Virus record (IMG/VR): IMGVR_UViG_3300027963_000035
Span: 187,266-251,265 of that record
Direction: 5' to 3' (one strand)
DNA length: 64,000 nt
Shown: piece by piece, positions 22,435 to 33,191 of the stretch
How positions within the stretch are numbered: the stretch's first letter is position 1
How the letters are laid out: the number at the start of each line of letters is the position of its first letter
Translations under genes and position numbers: made by a program
Notes under the pieces: generated by a model
What the model was told of the DNA's origin: nothing
Seen by the model: the letters and a program-made list of their open reading frames with translations, nothing else
Database searches by the model: none

Positions 22435-24019
22435 GACTGAACCTTTTTAAATTTTGGTAACTATTAATTCGCTGCCTACTCTCTTTAATGTCCTGTTCCA
22501 CTTGCTTCCAGAATTCTTCATCAATGCACTTGGTCATAGTTCCCCAAGACACAACCTTATAAATTGTGTTCTTGGTTTCGAATATATTTTTATCTTTATC
22601 GAAACCGATTGGGCGACTAGGCATCAATTCCGTTCCATCCACAACGCCATGAATACGCCAAGTGTCTCCATCTGACCTCATTTGATTGAAATAGCAAGCC
22701 TTTTCAATCATCCTGACTGGCTTTTCACTTATCTTTTCTGTTAGTATATCGTTCATATTCAGGGATGTCTCCATTCTCCTTGATTTTTAGATCTTCATAA
22801 TCTTCGGCTACTCGTCTATAAAACTCTTGCTTTATATTGTCTAATACACCGGTGATCATGGCGACTTTAGTATAAGAGACATCTCCCATCACATTAGAAA
22901 CTACTCTAGAGAAACAATAGTTTATATTTCCAAGAAGTTTTAATACTTCTTCATTAGTTAATGGTTCTTTACTAAATATATTACCATCATCTACGGTTCT
23001 TTTCAAGGCCATAACCATAGTGCTGATTGAATTGTCTAATAGCTTTCTATTTTCTTCTGATATGTAAGGCATCTTTTCCTCAAATTAAAGGTTGGTTCAA
23101 TTATGCAAAAATAGATGGAGATGTCTTGCTTTTCAAGAACTCTATTATTTCATCAAAACATTTTTCGCATAGATCAATGTCATATCTGGTTCCATCTTTA
23201 CCACTAGAATATCCCCAATCTGCACTTAGGGATGCACTTTCATAGTTACCCAATTTATCTTTGCATGAGTTCCCACAGATATCGCAAAATGTATCTTCGT
23301 GAACTTCAATACTTTTATATTTTTTCATATTCCTACCTTTAACTTTATATTAAAAACGTCCCCATTATCTGACGTTGAAACCCTAAATACGGGAAACAGA
23401 GGTCAAGGACGTTACCCTTGGCGATCAACTCAAAGGTGAGTGTTAATTCACTTCTTCCCCAGTATTATAGTCAATAACTGACTTTTTACAAGCCTCTAGC
23501 ATTTTCTTCAAGTTGTGCTTTAATCCTTCGACATTATCTGACACGGGAAGTGATATTTTACCAATGTTTACAATGTCTAGATTTTCATCATGATATACAT
23601 CATGCACAGTATAAGTAATATCAATTCCTCCCCCAGGAATCTTGGTTGCTTTTTTAATGACACGGTAATTCCACGACATTATTGTATTCCTTTAAAGTTT
23701 GTTTTTTCAATAATGAATACGCAAGAAACTTCATATTCTTTTTTGAAATAAGTATTCTTTATCGTGCTCAAGTTTTTGAAACTCTCCCAAGAAAACAATA
23801 TAGCATAATGGCCAAGGCAAAATATCTTTAACCATTTTATAATGATAAAGACAGTCTTTGGTAATTACCATAAAGTGCGGGATTCTGGTCTCTGGTCTGC
23901 ATCTAACTATAAATCTTGGATTGTTTTTTCTTTCAGTCCACAATAAAACAAATGCACCAAAAAGACAGTTTCCGTACTTCATATTACTATCTCCATCTTC
24001 CTTGATGGATTATACTACA

Positions 24020-24694
24020 TCATCTAGATGATTTCCACAAATTTGGATCAAATAGTTTCATATTCTCGAAATCTCTATTACATTCTATCAAAATATCTCT
24101 TTTTACAAAAAACATATCGAATTGTCTTAATTGTCCCTCATAGTAAATATTATCCACTATGTCAAACAATTTAAAACCATGTTGTTCTATAAAATTAGAA
24201 CGTTCCAGAAAATCTCTCGGGTGCATCTCTATCTGTATAACAGAACAGTATTTTAGAGTTTCAACTGCACCTTTTAATATTTCTAATTCGGCATCATCGA
24301 CATCTAATTTTAGAAAGTAAGGTTTTTTAAAATCGGTGTCTTTTAGTACTGAATCTAGCTTTTTAGCCTGCATTACACGAAAATTTTTACAATCTTCTTT
24401 TGTTATTCTTGAATGTTTAATTTTTTTATTTTCATCAAGACTAATTTTCATTTTCACTTCACAGTCTTCTTCATATAAAGGAAAACTATAAAGTTTGTGT
24501 TGAATATCTCTGTATGTATTTTCTATAATTGGCCGAAATTCTTCTATTGGTTCAAATAAGATGTGAGTTTTATCTGAGAAAAAACTTCTCAAAACAGGAG
24601 TGTCAATAAATACTCCCACATCTATTATTGTTTCAATAGGAATATTGAATTTTTTTAATAATGAAAAACAATATTTTTGTTGTAAATGTTCCAT
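24020..24694 (-). CDS. FkbM-family methyltransferase
   Basis: IIDVG, LFEP, KLDS, FLKLDVDDAELEILKGA, QFDMFF. Confidence 0.85.
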   Translation of the reverse strand: MEHLQQKYCFSLLKKFNIPIETIIDVGVFIDTPVLRSFFSDKTHILFEPIEEFRPIIENTYRDIQHKLYSFPLYEEDCEVKMKISLDENKKIKHSRITKEDCKNFRVMQAKKLDSVLKDTDFKKPYFLKLDVDDAELEILKGAVETLKYCSVIQIEMHPRDFLERSNFIEQHGFKLFDIVDNIYYEGQLRQFDMFFVKRDILIECNRDFENMKLFDPNLWKSSR

Positions 24695-25336
24695 GGTCTA
24701 TGACCTACTGTCGTTTAGGATATTTCCCTTTTTATCCTCTTGCCAACAACGATAACCATTCTTGCTGAAATAATTCTTGAGTTTATCCCAAGCACCCTTA
24801 CTTGATTTTAGACTATAACTAAGTCTGAGAACTCTCTTTTTATTCTCTTGACCATAATCACAATATGTTGCAACAACCCAATCCCTTGCTGACTTACTGG
24901 CTTTAACAGAACTCACAACAAAAAGTCCTTTCTTGTTTAGTGGTTGATTCAAACAGATTTTGCTATAGATTCAAAATTAACATTATAAAGTGTGCCATCC
25001 TTGTTTCTGTATAATAACCTTGGATCTTCTGATCTGATCCATAAAAATGTATTAGGTAATTGAAAATTTGGATTCGGTGATTCTGAAAAGTTTTCAGATG
25101 TTGGCGACTCTGCCAGTCTTATGTCTATGGTTTTAGATGGTAAGTGTTTTGACCATATCTGAAAACTTCCATCAAATCCAACTTCAATAGGTTTCATTTT
25201 TTCCATTAAAAGAGCTTCTTAAAAAGGTGACTGTGACTGCTCATGGAGTCTGTGGAAGGAGAAGCGGGAAACGGGCGGGAGAGGGCCAACGGTGGGGAGA
25301 GAGAGGCACTAGGGAGAGGGCAGAGGAAAAATAAAC

Positions 25337-25418
25337 TGGTTGATGCAGGATTCGAACCTGCGAAGCTAATAGCATTTGATTTACAGTCAAACCCCTTTGA
25401 CCACTCGGGAAATCAACC
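25337..25418 (-). tRNA. tRNA-Tyr(GTA)
   Basis: Acceptor GGTTGAT/ATCAACC plus A; TTTGA-CTGTAAA-TCAAA; long variable arm; GCAGG-TTCGAAT-CCTGC. Confidence 0.95.
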
Positions 25419-25704
25419 TATATTATTTAAAGTAGACTTCAGTAGCAGCACCCAAAGCAATTGATGATCCTGCTACAACACCAAATGTAAGGAGACATTG
25501 CCAAACAATTTCTCCTGTCAATCCACCCCAAATACCTGCAATTGCAATAACAGCAGAAGATAAAATCAAAAAGCAAAGGGTGGAACCAACGATCTTTTTT
25601 ATTTTTAGATTGTTGTTGTTATTGACGATTTTTTTCATGTTTTCCTTTAGTTGAATAAAAATTTAAAACTCTACTATATATATAGTATAAAGAGTTTTAA
25701 ATTT

Positions 25705-26163
25705 ATGAAATACACATACACACATGAAACTTTAAAAGAACTTGTTGAAAGTTCAACATCAGTGAGACAAGTTCTTTTTAAATTAAAATTAGTTGCTGCC
25801 GGTGGTAATTACGCCACAATAAAAGCATATATTAAGAAGTTTAATTTAGACACTTCTCACTTTAAGGGTCACGGATGGTCTAAAGGGTTTGTTCTACCAC
25901 CAAAAAAACCAATTGAATCATATCTTGTTAAAGGAAGTAACACTCAAAGTTTCAAACTAAAAAAGAAGTTAATTAGAGAAAAAATCTTTGAACATAAATG
26001 CATGAATTGCAAGAATACTCATTGGCTTGGGAATTTAATTCCAATAGAACTTCACCATAAAGATGGAGATTCTTCAAACAATGAGCTTTCTAATTTAGAA
26101 ATTCTTTGTTACAACTGCCACGGTTTGACACCAAACTTTCGTGGTAAAAACAAGAAAAAATAA
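25705..26163 (+). CDS. Free-standing HNH endonuclease
   Basis: KCMNC...ELHHKDGDSSNNELSNLEILCYNCH; the stop codon abuts the tRNA-Leu 3' end. Confidence 0.9.
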   Translation: MKYTYTHETLKELVESSTSVRQVLFKLKLVAAGGNYATIKAYIKKFNLDTSHFKGHGWSKGFVLPPKKPIESYLVKGSNTQSFKLKKKLIREKIFEHKCMNCKNTHWLGNLIPIELHHKDGDSSNNELSNLEILCYNCHGLTPNFRGKNKKK

Positions 26164-26164
26164 A

Positions 26165-26451
26165 TGCCAAAGGCGGGGGTCGAACCCGCACAGGATGTTA
26201 TCCCGAGGGATTTTCTTACCACTATAGTTTTCACTACCCTTGCGGTTTGTAGTCTGGACTTTACCTTCACCATAACTTCTCAGTTTTAGGTGCTGCCCGT
26301 CAAGTCTCTACACCTTCCTGATTTCTCAGGCTTGGCTCGGTATTAGCAGTTAAGCCTTCACCGAATTTGAGCAGTTCTGCTCTAAAAGTTTCCTTTTAGG
26401 CACTCAATTTAATATCAAGTCCCTTGCGTCTGCCTATTTCGCCACTTTGGC
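26165..26451 (-). tRNA. tRNA-Leu(TAA) interrupted by a group I intron after U34
   Basis: Acceptor GCCAAAG/CTTTGGC plus A; AGGGA-CTT^AAAA-TCCCT; long variable arm. Confidence 0.9.
26215..26416 (-). ncRNA. Group I intron, 202 nt
   Basis: IGS TT-GAG; core AAATTCGGTGAA, AATACCGAGC, GTAGAGACT, AAGGTAAAGTCC; terminal G. Confidence 0.9.
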
Positions 26452-26603
26452 TTTTTAAAACCAAACCCAAATAAATTTTCAAAGAACAACCAGCAATCGT
26501 CACTCCCTCCAACCGTACCGGAGGGAAACTTGGTTTTTCACTTTAACACACTTTTAAACTTTTTTCAAGTAGAATTTCTAATACTTTTCTGCATAACTAT
26601 CAT

Positions 26604-27923
26604 TCATTTTACACCTTTAAGGTAATTTTTATATTCTTCTAAGAAAATCTTTTCTTCATTCTTTGGATTAGAATTAGAGTGGCCTTTTGCTTGAACAACT
26701 TTGTTATTTTTAATTTCAATTGTTACTAGTGGTTTTTGAATTTCAGAGTTTAACCTTAAAAACAAAATAGTAGAATTCTTATTAGCGATATCTTCGTCAT
26801 AGCTTGCAACGCAATGATTTAGCTTTATTCCTTCTTGAATTAAATCCTCGTGTTTAACTGGGGCTATTACGCTATACCTTTCATTTTTATATTCATATTT
26901 TTTAAAAGTTTTGCAAACTTTAGAGAACCTATTTTTAAAAGTTCTACTTTTTAAGACCTCATAATTTTTGCTAGTTATATCATGAAGTGTTTTAAGATAT
27001 CTTGGATACTTATCAAAATCATTTTTCATTTGAACGTTCATTTTTGCATAATCATGAAGAATTGATAATGCATCTTCAATATCTTCAATTCCCTGATTAG
27101 GCAACCCCCTGCAAATATAATCTGTTAATTTAAATTTGTCATAACCCATCTTTATTAAGATATTAAAATATTCATCGTGCATATCTGGAAACCGATTATA
27201 GTTGTCAATTGCATACTTTATCACATCTACATTTTTAACCTCGCACCACCGTTCCAGAGTTGCATAATCGACTAATCTCATATAATCAGCCGGAACACTA
27301 CTATATTCAGCAACCATTGTATCTAATTTTTCAATATAGTAATCCAAGCTATACTTTTTAAAATCACTTATAGTTTTAATATTATAATCAAAATAGATTT
27401 GTGCGAATTCTAGATGGTGGAATTTTTCTTTATTTTTTTGTAAAAAGTCCCACTTTGCAAATTTTTCAAAATCCCCCATAATCACAGGATTATTTAAAAT
27501 ACTAAAAAGATCGCTCCTATCAGGTACATAGTAATCTTCACGGCTGGTGATAATGAAGAATAACTGAATCCATTCTTCTTTGCACAATTTATAAATATCT
27601 TTATCTCTCGCCAATCCAGAAAGATTGCCAGATGCAAATTTTATACATGACTTAGGATTTTTAATAAGAGTATTTGTCTCTGCGTCATAGAACTTATTAT
27701 CAATCAGAGAATATTTAACATTTGTTTTGTTGCTAAAATTAAAAATTAAACTTTTCTTGTCCTCAGACTCACTAACACTTTTCAAGTATTGATAGTGCTT
27801 AATTTTTGATTCTTTTTTCTTCTTTTCAGCTAAATGTATTTGGTTTATAAGTTCTTTGGTTGTGAAACCATTAACTTGTATAGTTGCTGTTTTCTTGCCA
27901 TTATTAATTTTGATTGTTCTCAT
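26604..27923 (-). CDS. PcfJ-domain protein
   Basis: DYAKM...KYPRYLKTLHD...DLIQEGIKLNHCVASY...LFLR...VTIEI...QAKGHSN. The real start is probably the ATG at 27923, because the longer ORF call extends into the array. Confidence 0.85.
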   Translation of the reverse strand: MRTIKINNGKKTATIQVNGFTTKELINQIHLAEKKKKESKIKHYQYLKSVSESEDKKSLIFNFSNKTNVKYSLIDNKFYDAETNTLIKNPKSCIKFASGNLSGLARDKDIYKLCKEEWIQLFFIITSREDYYVPDRSDLFSILNNPVIMGDFEKFAKWDFLQKNKEKFHHLEFAQIYFDYNIKTISDFKKYSLDYYIEKLDTMVAEYSSVPADYMRLVDYATLERWCEVKNVDVIKYAIDNYNRFPDMHDEYFNILIKMGYDKFKLTDYICRGLPNQGIEDIEDALSILHDYAKMNVQMKNDFDKYPRYLKTLHDITSKNYEVLKSRTFKNRFSKVCKTFKKYEYKNERYSVIAPVKHEDLIQEGIKLNHCVASYDEDIANKNSTILFLRLNSEIQKPLVTIEIKNNKVVQAKGHSNSNPKNEEKIFLEEYKNYLKGVK

Positions 27924-27935
27924 TTTACTTGTTAT

Positions 27936-28625
27936 GGACACCCTGTTCGTTATTAAAATCAGAGGGTTTTGGTTCACTCTCGCACATTGTTAAAATCGCA
28001 CAGCTAGGTTCACTAAACCATCATGTTAAATCTTCTTATTTGGTTCACTCTCGCACATTGTTAAAATACCGGCACTAGGTTCACTCTTCACGCATGTAAA
28101 ATCAGATTTTATGGTTCACTCGACAACTATGTTAAAATCGAAGGGCTAGGTTCACTCTTCATCTATGTTAAAATCAAGCAGGTTGGTTCACTCAACTACC
28201 TTGTTAAAATATCGAATGATGGTTCACTCACCAAATTTGTTAAAATTCCCGACTGTGGTTCACTCCAGAGGTCTGTTTAAATCCGGACATATGGTTCACT
28301 CGAATGCGGTGTTAAAATCGCCGTTTGTGATTCACTCACTATACATGTAAAATCTCTCACATTGGTTCACTTAACTACCTTGTTGAAATCGTCGGGCTTG
28401 GTTCGCTCCGGCAGTATGTAAAAATCCAGTCTGATGACTCACTCAACGTTCATGTTAAAATCGTTAATAATGGTTCACTTCTCGTCCTTGTTAAAATCAA
28501 GCAGGTTGGTTCACTCCGGCAAAATGAAAAAATCTGGGCTTCTGGTTCACTCATGGACGCATGTTAAAATCAAGGAAACTGGTTCACTCTTGACTTTTGT
28601 TAAAATCTCAGCCACTGGTTCACTC
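27936..28625 (-). repeat. TIGR-like dual-repeat guide-RNA array (~18 full 36-nt units plus one degenerate terminal unit)
   Basis: The + strand unit is GGTTCACTC-N8-TGTTAAAATC-N9. There are 19 GGTTCACTC-type boxes from 27971 to 28625 with a 35-37 nt period, and the variable segments are mostly unique. Confidence 0.9.
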
Positions 28626-28653
28626 CAGTTAATTTTCAACTTGTTCAAAACTC

Positions 28654-28675
28654 TATACCCAGACTTTAACTTATT
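28654..28675 (-). promoter_or_regulatory. Candidate promoter in the array leader (ATAAGTTAAAGTCTGGGTA)
   Basis: A near-identical copy lies at 30012-30032 and a variant at 30355-30372. Each is upstream of a minus-strand gene or the array. Confidence 0.5.
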
Positions 28676-30566
28676 GATTATCATTTAGTAAAAGTGTGCA
28701 TTATTATGCACTTTTTCAATTCTTTTTCAATTTCTTTAACACTCATTTTGAAATAATGGGATGGTATCTGTAAGTAATCTCCTACAATAAATTCAAAAAG
28801 CATTAATTTACCTTTTGAATTTTTTAGATAAATTTCTAGTGGTGAATCGTAACAACCACTATTGATTAATTCAACTGTCACTAGGGGCGTACCATCGGTT
28901 TCTAAATTACCCACGTTATCAACAATCATGTGATTAGGGGTAAAAGGTTTGTGCTTCCATTTTTCACGATTTCCATTTTCATCAACAACGTCAAAACATT
29001 CACATATAACTTTTTTTATTTGATCGATTTGCTTTTTGGAAGATTTAACTATAGGCTGTGGGTCGTACGCATCCTCTCCGAGTAAACTGAAGGCGGTGCA
29101 TGAATCACACTCGCACATTTCGGTATAATAAATTTTATTTAATTTCATTTCTTTGTAACTTTTTCGTCCCTATAAATTTTTGTGACTAATAATAAGATTT
29201 AAAAATCACACGCCCCGTCCTCTACAGGATCCATGTATTCCAGCAAGGGAGTTATTCTATCCTCTGCCATTTCCAGTATTACATCTTCGTCAACGTCTTT
29301 TCCTATAACTTTCTTACTTACTATATGAAGATTGTATATTTCGTAGAAACAATAACCTTCGCCGTTGTATTCATCGGTTTGTACCGTCAAATCCATTTTT
29401 ATATCAACCTCGACAAACGAATCTAGGCCGATGAGAAATTGTAAGTGTATAATTTTGCCGCCCGAAACAAAACCATCTAACTTTCTTTGAATTTTTTGTG
29501 TTACGCAAGTGTTGAGAACATCCTTAAAATTTGATTTCATAATTATCTTTTAGTCTCCTTGTTGGTCTTGTCGCTATTTCGTGGCTAGAAATCTTTTCCT
29601 GTAAATTTTTGCTCGTTCGGCGTCTTTGTTTTTGAGTCCAGTAGGTACAATTAGTCTACCGTGCCATCCTTCTGGAGCCTTTATATTGGCTTCTACGCAC
29701 AATCTAAGGACTTTCGGTAGGAGATTACACTCCAAGCCCCGCAGTTCACCATAGGTGAAGGTAAGGAAAAGGGCTTGTTGCATGATTTTGTGGGCTTCGT
29801 GGATTGTTACATCTTTATTTGACAATCTACTTGATAAGAGATGTTCTATGTTTCTATCGTATTCTTTTACAAACTCGTCGCACGAAAAGATTATTTTTGC
29901 TGCTTTTTTCCTAAAAGATGCGGGTCCGTTTTCAAAGACGTTAGTTGCCCATGCACGGAGTTTGTTTGCGAGTCTAATTGCTGTGTCCATGTTTCTTCTC
30001 AATAAACTGCACGTACCTAGACTTTAACTTATCAAATAAAACTATAAGGTTTTAATGAATAAAAAGTTAAAACAACTCCAACATTATAAGCAGAACTTGG
30101 ATCTGTTTTTATAACCTTAAAAACATTATGATCAATTAATTTAAGAACATCTTTTGAGGAAAGACAACGCATACAATTTTTTCCATCAAAAATTCCAACA
30201 TCATTCTGTTCGACTTTATCTATTTCTATTTGGCAGAGAAAGTATTCTTCTTCATCTTTAGACATATCAACTAAAAATTTTTCATTTATACTGTTTAGGA
30301 CATCGCCTAAAGTGAAATCTTTAAAAAAATTTAACTTTTTATTCATTGTTTACTTACCCGGACATTGACTTAAACAGTTTTTCAATAATCTGTTACTCTG
30401 AGCCACTATTATCTAAACTCTGAAAAAGTGCATCAACATCTTCAATACTATATGTGTAGTTAAAATGACCATTATCTTTAGCGTGTTTCATATCTTCTAC
30501 AAGATTTTCCAAAGCATCCAAGATAATTTCCATATCATGCTTTTCAATATAGTAATTCATGTTTTT

Positions 30567-31490
30567 CTACTTCTTCAAATACTCATCAATATCCAAAAGA
30601 TTTGGCTGAATGATATGATGGGTGTGTCCCAAATGAGCCATGACATAAGGCTTGGGGCAATCAATTCCTTCAACCTTGCACCAAAGTTCATGGACATTAC
30701 TCAGGAACAACTTAACCACCCAACGCCTTGCCATAGCATCCACATGACCATCTGGCAGAATTCCACTCTTATACTTAGCGATAACTTCCTTGTTCTTGAA
30801 GTTCTTTGAATTCAAGACAGAATCAGCAAGTTCCTTGAATCCGCCTTCAAGGTTCTTTTTTACAAGAAACTCCTTCTGGGTCTTGTAAAGCTTACCATAG
30901 AAGCACTCCTCCTTACCAGAGAACTTCATGAAACTCTGCCCGACCTTCCAGCACAGGGTTTTAAGGCTGGCGTTCCAGGGACGCTTTTGACCCTTTTCCC
31001 ACTTACTTGTGGGATCGAGACCAGCATAACGCCAAATAGCACCAGCGGTCTTTGCCTTATTGATGTCAATATGAGCAACAAGACCAGCAGTAATCACAGG
31101 ACCGATTCCGTAAACCTTATCCTTCAAAATCTTTGCAATCAAAAAACTATCAGTCCAGTGATCCATAGCCCGTTTGATTTGAGTTTCAAGAACTTCTGTT
31201 TGATCGTTCAAGAAACTAAAGAGTTCATGAGGCTCTTTATCCTTGCCAAAAGCGGTGATCTGATTGGTGCTTCGCTTACGATTCTCTTGAATCATATAAT
31301 AGTAATCAACAATATACCTCACTTCATCCTTGGTGAGGGTCTTAATCTTATTAGTGAGATCTTTATTGAGCCTAGCAACAGTCCCAAGACTTGTCAGGCT
31401 ATCTGGCATTAGGCTATCTGCAATCTTCTTGCTTGAAATGCCCTTGCCGCAAGTGGGACACTTCTTCTTTGTTACACTTTCCTTTGACAT
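30567..31490 (-). CDS. IS110/Nop-domain RNA-binding protein lacking RuvC/HNH (TasA-like)
   Basis: A coiled-coil segment, then VYGIGPVITAGLVAHID...AGAIWRYAGLDP...WNASLKTLCW...FYGKLY...HVDAMARRWVVKLFL (IS110 Transposase_20/Nop-like). No N-terminal DEDD domain. About 2 kb from the 36-nt array. Confidence 0.85.
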   Translation of the reverse strand: MSKESVTKKKCPTCGKGISSKKIADSLMPDSLTSLGTVARLNKDLTNKIKTLTKDEVRYIVDYYYMIQENRKRSTNQITAFGKDKEPHELFSFLNDQTEVLETQIKRAMDHWTDSFLIAKILKDKVYGIGPVITAGLVAHIDINKAKTAGAIWRYAGLDPTSKWEKGQKRPWNASLKTLCWKVGQSFMKFSGKEECFYGKLYKTQKEFLVKKNLEGGFKELADSVLNSKNFKNKEVIAKYKSGILPDGHVDAMARRWVVKLFLSNVHELWCKVEGIDCPKPYVMAHLGHTHHIIQPNLLDIDEYLKK

Positions 31491-32252
31491 ATTATTTTAT
31501 CTTTCTATGAAATTATGGGGATCACTACTTCTGCAAAACGTCCCAGCCCCAAGTATCTGTTCGTTCGGCTGGTGCAACCAAAATAACATCGCTATTGTAC
31601 TTGTTGCCCTTATGGTCTTGTTCACCCTTGGCTAAAAGAACCATACAACAAATTACATTACCCGACTTGTTAAACCCATACAGGGGGATTCCGCCCTTGT
31701 CGATAGGCTCGTACCATCGTTTGCCGGGAGGCACGTTGAACGTATTGGTTGTAGTGGGCGTCAATACACGTTCAACATTTCCCTGCCAATTAAGACTCAA
31801 GCAGCCGTGACACTGCTCAAGAAGATGAACGTCACCAACAACTTCCAAATTACCAATCATTACTTGCTTTTTAGTAACTGTTTTCATGTTTTGTTTCTTT
31901 TGTTTTATGGAGACTACTCTCAACCGTACCGGAAGGAAACTTGTTTGTTTTATTATTTGTCAGAATCAGTTAGTTCAATATCTGCCTCAACTGAGTCATC
32001 CACGGGGTCGATGCTATGAATATCATAATCACAGGGAAATCCACCGTGACCCTCCATAACCTCTTCCCACTCAAGTTCAATATCATCATCATTAATCATA
32101 TCGAGATCAAAGTTATCTTTAATATCTTCTACGCTATCTGCAATTACCACAATCGTGGCACGTTCCCTAACACTAGGGACTTCACGCTCAATAGTAATTT
32201 CAAATTTAGGCATATTAATTATTTAATGGGAGGTTTGGGAGGTTCGCTACCC

Positions 32253-33131
32253 TCAAACCGTACCGGAAGGAAACTCGAGTGTTTCAAAAACACTTTCAAG
32301 TTCTTCTGATAATCTTCCTTTGATTACTTCGACTGCATATTGATAAAGAAATTCTGGACTAGTCTTGATGACTTCTTCTGCTTCAATCCATCTTCCTTTA
32401 ATTACATCTTTAGCGTAACCACAGGCATACTCTGGACTAGTTTTTATGGTTTCTTCTGCGTCAACCCAGCGACCTTCGATTACGTCTCTAGCATAATAAT
32501 AGGCATATCGTGGATCAGTTTTAATAATCCCTTCTGATTCGATCCATCTGCCTTTAATTATATCTTTGGCGTAAAGATACATATAGTGGATTAAAACCCT
32601 CTCAGCTTCAATCCATCTATCTTTTAGGACATCTTTGGTGTAATAGTAAACATATGCAGGACTAGTTTTAATAATTTTTTCTGCTTCAATCCAGCGATCT
32701 TTAATTATATCTCTAGCATAGAGATAGGCATAATATGGGTCAGTCTTAATAATCTCTTCTGCTTCATTCCAACGATTTTTAATTACATCTCTGGAATAAA
32801 GATAAGCATACTGGGGATCACTCTTGATAATCTCTTCGCACTCAATCCACCGTCCCTTGATAACATCTTTGGCATAATGATGGATATATTCTGGACGGCT
32901 ATTCTTTATGATTTCTTCAACTTCAATCCACCGGTCTTTAATTACATCCCTAGCATAGCAGTAAGCATAATATGGTTCTGTCTTAATAATTGAAAACAAA
33001 GCTGTCTTTTGAATATTGTTGGGCTTTTCCCCATTAATCATAGTTCCATTTTTAATGAAACAATCAACATCCTCATAAGTAACGTTTGAGATGAACTGGT
33101 GATATTTTTCTGAGTAACTAGTCATTTTCAC
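32253..33131 (-). CDS. Tandem ~25-aa repeat protein (YAYxYARDVIKGRWIEAEEIIKTSP, ~10 repeats)
   Basis: Repeats are directly visible in both protein and DNA. Confidence 0.8.
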   Translation of the reverse strand: MKMTSYSEKYHQFISNVTYEDVDCFIKNGTMINGEKPNNIQKTALFSIIKTEPYYAYCYARDVIKDRWIEVEEIIKNSRPEYIHHYAKDVIKGRWIECEEIIKSDPQYAYLYSRDVIKNRWNEAEEIIKTDPYYAYLYARDIIKDRWIEAEKIIKTSPAYVYYYTKDVLKDRWIEAERVLIHYMYLYAKDIIKGRWIESEGIIKTDPRYAYYYARDVIEGRWVDAEETIKTSPEYACGYAKDVIKGRWIEAEEVIKTSPEFLYQYAVEVIKGRLSEELESVFETLEFPSGTV

Positions 33132-33191
33132 CTCACAACTCTATTTCAGCTTCAACTTGATAGTCAGATATCATTTTGGTTCTGCTTTTGT

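Noticed and set aside
27936-28625. CRISPR array
   Set aside because: The conserved parts are only 9-10 nt and of two alternating types, the variable parts are 8-9 nt, and there are no cas genes in the window.
28165-28688. Plus-strand 12-aa repeat ORFs (28165-28350, 28434-28688)
   Set aside because: These are by-products of the 36-nt period. Units of 35 and 37 nt break the frame, and variation is not concentrated at third codon positions.
30567-31490. Active IS110 insertion sequence
   Set aside because: There is no N-terminal DEDD/RuvC domain and no sign of element ends. The ORF is intact and linked to a guide-like array.
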